Source: Daphnia carinata
Taxonomy: Eukaryota
Reading direction: 5' to 3'
Length of the DNA stretch: 64,000 bases
Assembly (NCBI RefSeq): GCF_022539665.2
Contig: NC_081331.1
Coordinates: 10,292,001 to 10,356,000 of the forward strand
The notes under the pieces: model-generated
What the model was told of the DNA's origin: nothing
Databases searched by the model: none
What the model saw: the letters and a program-made list of their open reading frames with translations, nothing else
Made by a program: the position numbers and the translations under genes
Part shown: positions 51,344-63,934 of the stretch, in pieces
How positions within the stretch are numbered: the stretch's first letter is position 1
Layout of the letters: each line of letters starts with the position of its first letter

Positions 51344-51382
51344 GTGTGGCGCGCTTGTCGTCATGGCAACCCCTCGCTCAAG
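51344..51382 (+). CDS. Tns: Tensin C1 domain, exon c, 39 nt (VWRACRHGNPSLK)
   Basis: Acceptor tgtcttccag|, donor AAG|gtgagt, phase 0/0. Supplies the last Cys at the exact x7 spacing. Confidence 0.85.
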
Positions 51383-54300
51383 GTGAGTGATAAACACAAA
51401 ATAACCCTCAATTCACTATCTTTGACTCACATTTATTGACGCACGTTGTAAACATTCCTGGCGCGCATTTTTTTTTTGTTTCTCAGTCGGGCCGAACCCG
51501 AAAATTCTTTTTATGTTTTGTTTGATTTAGTTCTACATTTTTTTTTTAAATCTTTTTTATGCGTTCAAATGCGAAGGATTTCACTCTCCCCTCTGTTCGT
51601 TCAATGACAAACGATGGATTGGATACGATTGCCCCCAATCAGATAATATGGAGGTCGGTGTTATCGTTATTGACAAATCTCTTATTGGAATCCTGGGATA
51701 AAAAAAAAAAAAGAAATAAGAACATCCCATTTTACATTTTTGTATCTTAAAAAAAAAAAAAAAATCTAACTGGCCGGCTGTTTAAACGAAAACGAGGTCG
51801 AAAATGGGATTTTCATACCAAACGGGGATGATAGCGTCATTTTGAATACGTTAGATAAGAATCTTTTGAAATCGCCGGTCGCTCCCTTGCATCGCAGATG
51901 CTAACAACACACCACGAAACAGAACACACACACAAAAAAAATGTAGTACGGTCTTCTCAATCACCTAAACACGGTAGTTGTTTTGTTTTTTTTGTTTTTT
52001 TTTTTGCTTTATTATTTTTTCGAAAGTCAAACGATTTTCTTTGGTTTTAATCCGCCTAAGGATTTAACAACAGTTAAAATACTTGTATAGTTTCTATATT
52101 GTCGGTAGAGCAAGAGTTGCAATCATCATCAACGGCGTGATGAGGCTCAATTTGAATTTGATGTAATTCCCGTTTGATCAGCAGAGACAGCAATGAACGT
52201 TCTTTGCGCGTAATCGGATTGTTGCCGCTTCCGCCCTCGAGGGCAAGCAATTTAAATAACCTCGCATCCATACGACGGCGCGCTTTCTCTATCCGATTAA
52301 AAACGTTCCTTAATCTCGCGTGTTACACGATATGAACGAAGAAAGAGAGAGAGAGAGAGAGAGAAAAAAAAACGAAAGATAAAGCGAGACAGATAGAGAA
52401 ACAGCAAGAGATTGATCTAATTAGATCCAATCATCTTCCATCATCTATCAGCTTCATTCAAAAAGCTTAATCCTACAGTGGGCCATCCTCGTTTATGTTT
52501 TTTTTTTCTTTCTCTTCTTTCACTACATTCACTTAATGATATGTCTGTCGTCCGTTGGCGGTGGAAGCGTCTTCCAATCAACCCCCTAAAAGATATTGAC
52601 TCGTGCCCTTGTTTTTGCTGCTGTCTTAACTTGTTCCGTGAAAGCGTGAAATCCTCTCCGATTCGCTCCACTAATGCGTGGGATCGAATCAAAACTCGAA
52701 AAGCTTTTTTTTTTCTATCCTCTCTCATTCTTTTGTGTCCTCTTTGGACGTGCTACGAGATGCTGATTAGAGACCACGATACTCTCTCATCACAAAGAGG
52801 CTAGTTGAAGTTGGGGGGGGTGGGAACAGCAACCAGCATCGCATTGCAATGTCATGTCTAGTACCCGTGTAGCCATTTATTCATCGCCTTATTGCTTTCA
52901 ACACAGCTTCCCCCTCCAACTGGAAGGAATTGCGGAAGGGAAAGAAGAAGAAGGAAAAAAAAAAAATGTACACCTATGGATGTCGGAGAGGGTAGGTGGA
53001 GCTATAGCCGGAGCGCGGTAATATCCTTGAGGCGGAAGACTTTCTTCTTCTTCAGCTGGAGAGTTTATACTGTAGGTAGAGACGTTATATGCCGCACCGC
53101 TGCGGGAATATGAAAGGGAGAGATAAAGAGGGGAGGAAGAAGAAGAAGAAGAAGAAGAAGAGAATAACAACACAACAGAGAAGGAAGGCAAAAAAAAAAA
53201 AAGGGACGAAGAAGTTGTAAAGGCAGCGGACCAGTCAGCTCCCGTCGATAGCCGAGCGCGGAGGTGTATCAGTGCAGTTCGTTTCTTTTAAATATTTACC
53301 CTTTTTTCTTCGTTTCTTTATTTGTTTCAACTCTAGTGGATATGGGTTACGTGGGATCGAGTTGATTGCGGTTAGGCCAACATAACAGCCTCGTATATAT
53401 ATATATATATATGTATATATTTTTTTTTTCATTCGTTCTCTACGATCGATTGATAACGGAGGAGCATAGTGAGTCGTTCTCTTCGATGGCCCTTTATGTG
53501 AGTTTGTGGATGATGTAGTCTCCATAGTTTCGTTCCCCGGGATTTATGGAGAAAGGAAACCAAAGCCGGACAAAGTGCGCTACATGAGAGGCGATTCGTT
53601 TCATCTTTTTTTTTTTTTTTTAAGCTTTTGACATTTTTTGTTTAGTGTGTGCGCGCGTTCTCGCTCTGTGTGTGTGTGTTTAATCTCTGTGTGTGGCCCC
53701 ACACATCGCCGCCTATCGTGATTTATGACCGGAATTTTTGTTTTGTTTTGTTTCTTTTCTCGCGTAACCCGATCCCACTACATATATATATAAGAGGGAG
53801 TGATTGTGCGAAGTGACAAGATGACGTCAAAGGATCTGATTTGCCGTCTTCCGTCAATTGATTTCAACGGGAAATGGCGCTTATATCATCATCACGTTGG
53901 CGCAACTCTTCTCTCCAGTTTTGTTGCCCTCCGTGATTTTCTTCCATAAACTCGGGATTCGGTTGCATGACGGCTCTAATTGATTGATTACATTTAAACA
54001 CACAAACAGCCAAGGAAAAAAAAAAAAAAAAAAAAAACAAACAAAATAGCCAAAAAGAGATATTCTCCAGTTACTCTTTTTTGTTTTCTTCTTGGCTCAC
54101 ATATACGCACATACCATCGTTTGCGCTATCACGGAGTGCGTGTATCCGTGACGTTTTTCAGCCTCTGTGTGCGCGTGATTGGCTAGTTTTTCTTTTCCCG
54201 TTGATTGCGCTGTTGTTTTTTTTTTGGAACGAAAAAAAAAAAAAAAAAAATCCGAAAAAAAAAATTGGTGGTAAATAAGCGTCGTGATATGCGCGATCAT

Positions 54301-55255
54301 GGCCCCGGCGCCGACTCACTGGACGCGTTTCCTACAATGTTCCACCTGCCTGTATAAGAAGCAGCAGCGATCCGATGAGGTAAATCCAATCCTATATAAT
54401 ACGGGACGTTTTTTTGTTTTTGGGAAGGGAAATTCCCAGTTGTTCTTTATAAAGGGGTAGAGTGGAGGGGCGGGGGAGGTGACGCCGTCAAAAACCCTGA
54501 AAATTTCCTTGACGTGAACGCCAATTCGAAGCGGTAAACCGCGTTACGAATCGCAATCACGACAGCTTTTTGCATCGATGGCTATTCGAAGAAAAGAAAA
54601 AGAGATTTTTTTTTCTTTCTTTCTTCTTCTTCCGCAATTGTTGTAATTAAAATAAAACGAATAAGAGAAACTCCGCGGTCCATCAGTTTGTCGGTTGTTT
54701 TCCTCGTGTGTGTGTGTGTGTGTCGAGAAGAAAAATGTGGGCCTCGCGTCCCGTACGAGGAAAGCAATTGAAGAAAGAAAGAAAAGAAAAAAAAAAAAAA
54801 TGAGGAAATTAAAACGACTGCGTTTGACTCGTAAAAATGCGTAACTCGTGATTGCACTTTCAATGATGACTTAAAAAAAAAAAACAAAAAAAAAACGCTA
54901 AAGCCGAGGAGCGCGCACCGTTTTATTTACAAGTAGCGCTCGAAAGGAGGACGCAAAAAAAAAAAAAAAAAAAAAAAAACGAACTCACGAAACACTTGAA
55001 GAAGAGCGATGATGAACAAACCGGAAAGGAAAGAAGAAAACGGTTTTTTTTTTTTTTTTTCTTTCTTCTTCTTTCTTTTCACTGCGCTGACTTTTTGAGC
55101 TAGACGGAGGAATTAAGTCTATAGCCGTCGTGGTCGACGAAAATAAATGGTTACCGTCGTTCCTCTTGTTGTTCAACTTGAGCGCATCACCTTCGTGGCT
55201 GCGGTGTTGGGGGCTGCTGTGCTGGCTGGCAAGCGTTTGAGGATGAGCGCTAGCG

Positions 55256-55258
<3 letters not shown>

Positions 55259-55290
<32 letters not shown>
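55259..55290. repeat. (AG)16 microsatellite
   Basis: Read directly from the sequence. Confidence 0.9.
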
Positions 55291-55298
<8 letters not shown>

Positions 55299-58200
55299 AT
55301 TTCATCTCATTCATCTTGCGTATACATCCTTGGATTGGGCAATTATTGCGCACTTGAGCAACCGACCGAAAATTCCCGGCACCGTCCCGCTTCTTTTCGC
55401 GATTACTCCTCTTGTCGAGTCTCCTCTCTGTCATTTTCTCTCATCTGCTTGTTGTTTTTCGTTTTTTTTTTTTTTTTTTTTACTTTGAAAAATTGAGCAT
55501 GTCCAACAGCCAATAGGTGCAACAGTACAAGTCCCTCTATTTTTTTCAATTAGCTCCAAATTTGCTGGCGTGGAACGCCTCTAGTTTTTGTTTTCCAAGT
55601 ACCGTAGAGGGGGGGGGGGGTTAAGAAAAAAATTTGAAATTTATAGGGAACAGGAATGGTCAGGGAAAATGATTTAAACAAAAATGTAATGTTATACCTT
55701 TCGGCGACAGGTGTGTTATTGCCCGTACTAGCGTTACGCGTTTTTTTTTTGACATTATATATAGTACGTCGTTTGTAAATCACGGTCATGAATGAAATGC
55801 CAACGTGCACATTTTTTTTTGTCTAAAGAACGGCAACGTTGCGGATAGGATAAACAAAAAAAAAAAGAATGGAGAAATTGAACGGTGATATAGTAATATT
55901 AAGGACGAGATTACCAAAAAACATGGTGAAATTTCCTTTTGTCATTAAGCAAATAGCGGAGAATTGGCGGCGAAGTGGTACAGACGCCAGCAGTTATCGT
56001 GTACGTTGACGCCCACGCTTGCGTCTCATTAAAAAATCGTCACGATTCAATCGTCATTCCCACCAGTCAGTCAGACTTTAACGTTTATTTTCATTTTCTT
56101 ATGAAATTCTTTTTTTTTTTTTTTTTTTTTTTTTCTTTCTTGCATACATGCCGCCCTTAAAAGAATATGCCATCTGAAAAAGAACTTTGAACTTCCCCGC
56201 TCAACACTCTTAAAAGAATCGTTAAAAAATAACACACACACACGGTTGAATGAATAGGTAAAGTGATTATATGCGACGCCGGCTTTAAAAAAAAATATAT
56301 ATATATTTATTTATCATTTTTTTTTTCCTTAAAAAAAATCAGTCAGGGGAAGAAAAAAAAAAAAAGAGGAAATTTTTAAGGGCGTCAAATTCGAAAGAAA
56401 TTTGCGCTGTTGCCAGTAAAGCACCGGTTACTATCTGAAATTGTTCACTCGTAATACATTTTTTTTTTTTTTTTTTTTTATTTCTCTTATTCGGCATCGT
56501 ACGTACAGATTTTTTTTCGTCTTGTAAAAAAGAAATGCGCTTGTTGGGAATGAGGTCAACCGAAACACGCTCCATCTTTCGGGTTGTTTCTGAATTGCCC
56601 CGTTTCCCTTTTTCGGGGAGAGAAAGAGAGATATTTGTATGTACAATATACAAGTGTACAACAGATGCCTACCTCTACATAGACAGCATGGAACATTGTG
56701 GAGGTCGAATCGCATAAATTTCACATTACGTTATTTATTTTTTTTTTTTTTTTTCTATTTTGCCTCCTCAATTTTTTTGGCCCATTTTTTTTTTTTCTTC
56801 GTCTGCTCCAGCGTCAACGGAGACATACAGAAAGTATAAATGACGGTTGCAATAATAATAAAGATCTTTCCGAGTTGATAAGCGCCTTCGTACATGTGGG
56901 TTGGGCATTTGGCTCCAAGTGCAGCGCTCCTCATAAGGCCAAAAAGGATGTGGCCCCCGCCTAAGTTCTACGTCTCTCCACTTTCACAGTTCTCCCTATA
57001 AAAAAAAAAAAAAAATGTGAATCAAATTACAAACAGCATCGAGTGCCTTAATCTAAATTCACGTATGTCACCAAGCAAAAATTTTTCCCATTCCGCGCTC
57101 CTTTTTTTTTTTTTTTTTTTTTTTCCGAATATTTTCTTTATTTTCTACCGCCAAATCTTAACGGTAAACACTCCCACCTGCATCGTAGCGGGATGAATCA
57201 TCGTGAAAAATCTGCGGTGCCTCGGTAAACACCAGTCTCGAGCAGAGCTCATTGAACGGATTTTTTTTTTTTTCTCGTGCGCTTCCCTGTCCATATCCAA
57301 ATTTTAAAAAAAGGGCTACCAGATAAATAAAGAAAAAAAAAACGGGAATGTTTGCCTGCCGCCATCAGCCGGCTAGCGCTGGAACTGGTTGATGTTTGAA
57401 TCCGTGTACGTAAACAGAAGAGAGGGAGGGGGGGCGTCTTTTTCAGCTCGTGTGTGTGTGTGTGTGTGTTAGAGACGTAGTTAGCTCTTTTTGGCTCTGG
57501 CAGCTTTCAAGTGAAGACCCCTCGGACGCTTCTCGCGTGCTACGATACAAATGGCCGTGTGTGTGTGTGTAAAGTGCGTTTTGTTGTTGTCATCGTTCCT
57601 GTTGTGTTGCACACTGACGCAGTCACGATGACGACCAGTGCTATCTAAATGTGTTGGTGGAAAAAAACCGCACCGGGCAACAACAATTCACTAGTCTGTG
57701 GCGCAAAGGGTCCCTTTGCGGCCGCACGCGGACAGTGCAGTTTTTGTCCATTTTTTGTTTTGTTTTTTGTTTTTTTGCGGACCACAAAAAAAAGTGTTTC
57801 GGTTTTTATTCGTGAACATTTGGAGGTGGTCCTGGATAGAAAAAAAAAAATAATAAATAAGTTCCCTGCTGTTTAGGAAATTTTTGTCAAGATTGTCAAG
57901 CGAGAAACGATCATTCATTCTCAAGCGAGTCGAGAGAGGCTTTGAAGAAAAGAGCAAATCCCCTGTCATTTTCACCTGCCTCTTTTTTTTTTTTTTTTTT
58001 TTTATCTTTTCCTTATTTGTATTCTATTGCGCGTCTTTCAGACTTCGGGCTTCTCTTTTTTTCTTTCTTGACTTTTGAAAATCTTTAAAAAAAAAAAGAA
58101 AAAAAGTGATGTCTCACCTTAAATCAAAATGGCGCTCTTTATTCCAATCCGGCCATGAAAGGGTGACAGTCAGCGCCGAGGTTAGTTCCCTATTTTTTTT

Positions 58201-61200
58201 TTTTTTTTATCTTTTCAAAATATTCGGCTGGAACAACTTCAACAAAATTCTTCTTCTTTTTGCAATCCTATCTCTATGGTGATGTCTTGATTATTCCATA
58301 TTTTTTTTTTTTTTCTTATTCTTCCTTCTCGTTCTTTATTTGGCTCGAACAGCGCGATCGCTTCTATCGATCCGTTCCGGCCCCGCCGGCGCATATTTAT
58401 TTTTATTTCTCTCCAACTTATTCGCATTTTTCTTTTTCTTCCAAAGAAATTCCAAGAGTCTTTTTTTTTTTTTCGCTTTAAATGTTCCTCACTGGAAGAT
58501 GTTTCTTCGGCGCATTTATACGCGTCTCTCTCTCTCTCTCTCTCTCTGTGTCCTGGGATGTCCAGCTATTCTTGTCCGTCTTTTTTATCGATCTGGCTCG
58601 CTTCGGAGCTAACTTGTCTCGCACTATAGTAACACCAACAAATTGGGCATGCCCTTTCGTCTAGTCTTGATAGCCGCAACGTCCTTGATCCCCGACGACG
58701 GCGCCGCATCTCCCAGAGATACTTTTTTTTCTTTTTCTTTACATATACAGTAGTTGCTGCTGTTCGTCAGATCGATTGCCTTTCTTTCGTCCATCATTTC
58801 CCTTTTTTTTTTTTCTGTACATCATTCGAGTTTTTTTTTGTCTCAGTTCTATTCTCCTCTCGGACGAGAATGGAAAGCTTGCCACTTCGTTCCAGCTGAT
58901 TTTCCGCCAATTTTATTTTATTTTATTTTTTTTTTGTGCCCATTTTTGGGTATTTCATTCTTTTGGCACTTTGATCATTTTGGTTATTTGCAAAACTTTT
59001 CTCTTTTATTTTATTTTATTTTTTTTTTCTCATTCCATGGGATGTTTCTTGCTTTCGGGGGATATCTTTTGCCGTGAACTTTGCGTGCGTGTGCCATTTC
59101 GTTCGTGAAGAACCTGAGTCACTCGTGTAAGCGTACGTTTCAAGATCCCGCCCGGCTTATATTCCAGCACGATCGGTTCATCCAGAAGCAATGTCAACAG
59201 TGCGATGATTTACCGACTGCCGTCAGTCTCAAGAGTTTGGTAAGAGTTTAGCATAGAAAACGTAGTTGAAGGTTAGCAACCCTTGTTTCCGTCATTGCAT
59301 ATAACCCAAACCTTTTCGTGTGTGTGTCCGTCCTCTCGGCGAATGTTAGGCACATCCGATTTTATTTAAATCCCAGTCATTCGTTTTTCTTTTTTTTTTC
59401 TTTTTTTTTTTTTTTTTTGGAACAATCGCATTTCGTGTAACGATTCATTTTGAATTTATTTTTCGCCTATATATCATTCAGGGCAAATGTATAGGCCATA
59501 AACAATTTTTATTTAGAGAGGAGGGAAACAAAAAGTTGGTGTCAATTCTCATTGTTTATGATTACGGCTGTGAATCACGCCACTGAAAAAAAAAAAAAAA
59601 AAAATGAAGACCGAAGTGATGGTTATTTTGGTCTTGTCTTTCGGTTTTTCTTCGCGATGCCAATAGACTTTAGTGGCAACCGCTCGTTACCGCAAATTCG
59701 TTATATATCTTGTAAAAAAAAAAAAAAAAACAAAAAAAAAATACTATTCACATAGACACAGACATTCCACGTATTGTCTTGTTTGTTTTGTTTTTGTTTT
59801 TTGTTTTTGTTTTTTTTTTTTTTGCTTTTTTTAGCTCGTGTTTCATATGGTTCAGAACGCTAACTTTCTATGGGTAGGCGGTGTTTAAGGATAACAATAA
59901 ATCCATTGGCACTTGTCCTTTATCGCGCCGTTGCGCTCCGCTCGGTTTCCTATTATGATGAAGCGGATCGGATGACAAACATGAATCGTAGTGTACGGCC
60001 TGTATATACATTACTAAAAACAAAACAAAAGAGGCAAACACGTTACTGCACGGAATGGGGCGGAATTCTTTCCCTTTTTTTTTTTTTTTTTGAACGAAAA
60101 GGGCACGTTCCGCATCGTCAATTTATTACCGAATGACCGAATCTGTCTTCCGTTTGTTTTCCCTCCTTTTTTATTTTATTTTTTTTTTTTATTTTTAAGT
60201 GCCGTTATATACCATCACCATATACTCATCAATAAGTAAAAATACAGAAGCTATGGAAATAATAGATCAAAGAAATCCTTACAGCTCGAAACAGTTAATG
60301 CCTTCTGTCAATCATTTGTTTGTGTGTGCCTTTCTTTCGGCTCTTTCCCGAGACGGAACTTGGGCACAAAACATAGGGGTGGGAAGCATAAACTGCAGTC
60401 ATGTGAAAGTACGCATATATAGGGCATTCTAGAGTACATAACGCACAGTAGAGGTTTTTTTTTTGTTTTTTTTTTAAATGCGCGTTTGTGTTGTACACAA
60501 CATCCGGAAGTTCTACCATGTTTTTGTGAGTGCGCGCACGTCCGATTTTTCCCCCCTTCTTTCACACCACATTTTTTTTTCGAATGGCGTCTTCCTTTTT
60601 TTTTTTTGTTCCTTCGTCTTACAATTTTCCATTTTTAGACGAGAAATTCTTTTATTTTTCCCTCGATCTTTCTCTCGCTTGGCTTGTCTATCTGGAAATC
60701 TCATCATCCGCTCCACCATCGTTCCCTCTAGATGCGTATGTAAACACGAGAAGCATCGTGTACTGCAAGCAGATAAACCATCAAGCAATGGCAACCAGAT
60801 GCCCCTCTCGTAATTCTTTTTATTTCTTCGCAGCCGTCCCTTTTTTTTTTTTTTTTTTTTTTGGTGAGAAACTTGTGTGGTATGTCCGGGAATAGGTGGT
60901 GGGGTTGTGCGTTGTTTCAGACAACAGGTTAGATGGCAGCATGAACGCGGGAAAAATCAAATAGTTTCATATCGTGACAATTTGAAAGTAAGAGAGATGA
61001 TGTGTGTGTACAGTAGAAAATAGACCCTTGTGTGTGTGTGTGTTTTTTGTTGCATTACCGGATCCTTACAACCTTGTCAACGAGGCCAATTAACTTTTAT
61101 TCGGCTTTGACTGGGTTGGCTGCAGCACCTCTTTGCTCCGAACCGAGAAAGGAAAAAGGTCAGAGACAATGGCGGGAAAGATCAGTCCCGATTCCCACGC

Positions 61201-62234
61201 TTCTTCGGCACTCGATGAGCATTTTGGATGTAGAAGGAGATTAAGAATATGAGGCAGCAGCTCATTAGCGGGCACAAGCGCAGTCTGTGCGCTGGGAGGG
61301 GAGGGAATTTTCCCTAGAAAAGGGCAAAGGATGGAAATAAAAATGCTCTTAAATCACATGTTATTTGTTGATTTACATTTTTTTGACGAGAAAGATGTTT
61401 CATCAAAGATGATGGCTTGTTAATACAAGTTGACGAATACTCCATCTACAGTGTCCGTCAGCTGTTGTGACTCCTCGCATATGGAGATACAACAACAACA
61501 ACAACAAACAATCATGACAAAGGCAAAAAAAAAAAAAAAAAAAAAAGAAAACACGGAGTCAGTCCGCGAATGACTCGCTTCCGGGCCGTCCCACATGATA
61601 TTGTCGCTACTTGTAAAAAAAAACATGGCCTGCCAACCATCTCTCTCTCTTTTTTATTTTTTGCTTGTTGTACACAATTGCACGGTACGCACCATCTGAC
61701 GCAACAGTACAGAAGGTGATGGTCGATTGCCACGTAGGTTACCTACATATGCATAAAACGTGAAGGGCTAGAGGAGGGAAAGGAAGACGACGAAAGAGGA
61801 GGAGTAAGAGAGAAAGGGAAGGTAACGGGCACGCACGCACAACAAAACAATTCGTAGTTGTGGTTGGGGCAAAAAAAGAAAAAAAGAAAAAAAAAATGGC
61901 AACAAAACAGAAGAGAATTTAACGTCATAAAAGCCGAGGGAGAAGCCTGGCCTCACGCTCAGTTGACGCTTCAACGCCGATCCGTTCACGGCTCTTTTCC
62001 CTCTCTCCTTTTTTTCTTTTTTATTCCTATATCGCACCCGAGTTTTTATTTATTGTTATAGTTCAATATATTGTTGGTGTTGGTGTGGTCGTCCAACTGA
62101 AAAGCCAAACATAACAAAAATATTATTTTTTTTTTTTTTAAATTGGAAACAATTGAAAATGTTTGCCGATGCCGATTGACCCGTGACGTCCGATTTGTTC
62201 GCTCCATTGAATCCATTGTTTACTCTTGATTTGT

Positions 62235-62236
<2 letters not shown>

Positions 62237-62274
<38 letters not shown>
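62237..62274. repeat. (GT)19 microsatellite
   Basis: Read directly from the sequence. Confidence 0.9.
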
Positions 62275-62278
<4 letters not shown>

Positions 62279-62649
62279 ATCGCATCGGTGAATGGTGATG
62301 GGATTATCCACGCTACAATTAGCTGGCCCCCGAAATGTTCTTGTTTGATTAGAAAAGGGAGTTGCAGACGAAAGAGAAAAAAAATGCCTGCGGAATTTTG
62401 AATTACCTTCGAATTGGGCGCCAAAGTTGAAAACAAAAAAAAAAAATTGGGAGGAAAGAAATTGTGTTATTTAGAAAAAATTTTTTGCTGTTGTATGGGG
62501 GATAGGGCGTTCGCAATGCGTTTTTAGCGTGACGTCCGGACATAATCATCGTTGGTGAAAAGAACGCGTGGTCGGTTCGCATTATTGCGCCTACGTGTCG
62601 TTATTGCGCGTTGCGTTTTTTTGTTTTTTTTTTTAAAGAAGACGTCATT

Positions 62650-62973
62650 ATGAAGATCAATCCAAGCGAATTCATGATGATTATGGAAGCCTCTATTGAC
62701 TTGCCTTTTTTGGAACACATTCGGCTCATCCAGCTCATGCGCTCTGTACGTCATCCCTCCACTGATCTGTGTCTAGATCAGCCGGCAGGACAGGCTCTCT
62801 ATCTGATGGCGCAATCCGTGGGCCGCGCAGCCGAGCATTTGCACGACGTTGGCCGTCGAAGGTCCAAGTTCAACGCTAGTGGCTTACCTCTACCGCCTCG
62901 GGTATTTCAGGTTGCCCAGCAGCACCTATCTCAATCCTCCCACATCACTCCCTTTTCGTTGCCCTCCCATCAA
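62650..62973 (+). CDS. Candidate alternative first coding exon of tensin (MKINPSEFMM...FSLPSHQ, 108 aa)
   Basis: Open frame nearly free of long homopolymers, unusual for this intron. A possible phase-0 donor CAA|gttagg is in frame with the exon at 63280. No homology recognised. Confidence 0.4.
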
Positions 62974-63279
62974 GTTAGGCAATTCCCAACCGCCAAAGTC
63001 CAATGATAACACAATGTATACAGCATGTGGTGCTCCGTTTTTTTCTGCCTTTGGTCCTCTGTTCAATACTTTTATTGACTAGAAAGCAACTTGTGGTAGA
63101 ATAGTATACCAGTAGTGAACGTGGGTCGTGAGCGAACGTTATTGAAAAACGCAAACCGTGTAGTGCGTCATTAAACATTTTTTGCTGTTGTTGTTTGTTT
63201 CAATTGCTGTAGCCCATTTCCCACTGAGATCGTTGGCGTCATGAACATTGATAGTAAAAGTGATGTTTTTCTATTGCAG

Positions 63280-63327
63280 AATGGCAGCGAACCGTTGATG
63301 AGTCGTCCATCATCCGGCGGTAGACAG
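63280..63327 (+). CDS. Tns: Tensin linker exon, 48 nt (NGSEPLMSRPSSGGRQ)
   Basis: Acceptor ttttctattgcag|, donor CAG|gtatgt, phase 0/0. In frame between the C1 and PTP exons. Confidence 0.75.
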
Positions 63328-63520
63328 GTATGTTTCGAATAAGGCTGTGTCACCTTCTAATCTCCCTTCTAATCTTTCGCACGTTGCTAGCCGCAACAAT
63401 ATAAAATGATGAAACAAAGAACAACAACAACAACAACAAAAGGAGAGTAAGCTTTTCCTTGACCTCATTGAACATTTTTTGTGTTTCTTTTCTGTATGAT
63501 CGCATGGAACACACGAATAG

Positions 63521-63730
63521 GCTACCATCTCGCCATCTCGTCGGATGGACTCTTTGTCGGGCTGTACAGATAGAGGGCCGTCATCTTCATCATCCGCCAT
63601 GGATTTGAGTTTCGTCACGGAACGAATCCTTGCGCTGAGCTTCCCGCCCGAGATGGACACGACCACGTACCGAGAAGCTCTCCACCAGGCGGCCAGCATG
63701 TTGCAAACAAAACACGGCGACAATTACATG
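63521..63730 (+). CDS. Tns: Tensin PTEN-like phosphatase domain, first exon (...MDLSFVTERILALSFPPEMDTTTYREALHQAASMLQTKHGDNYM)
   Basis: Matches the tensin/PTEN signature DLxYVTERIIAxxFP...ML.SKH..NY. Acceptor gaatag|, donor ATG|gtatct, phase 0/0. Confidence 0.92.
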
Positions 63731-63934
63731 GTATCTATTTTTCAACTGGACAAAAAAAAAAAAAAAATTGCCCTTGAAACATTCCATAACAATAGCAAAT
63801 AAATGAACTGCTTTGAAAGGCAGACGATGACGTCATTGATGACGAATGAACAAGATCCCGTCGTCATCGTTCACTGTTTTTTCTTGGGGCTCGTGCGAGA
63901 ATGAATTAAAAAAACAAAGTCATATTTGATGCAG

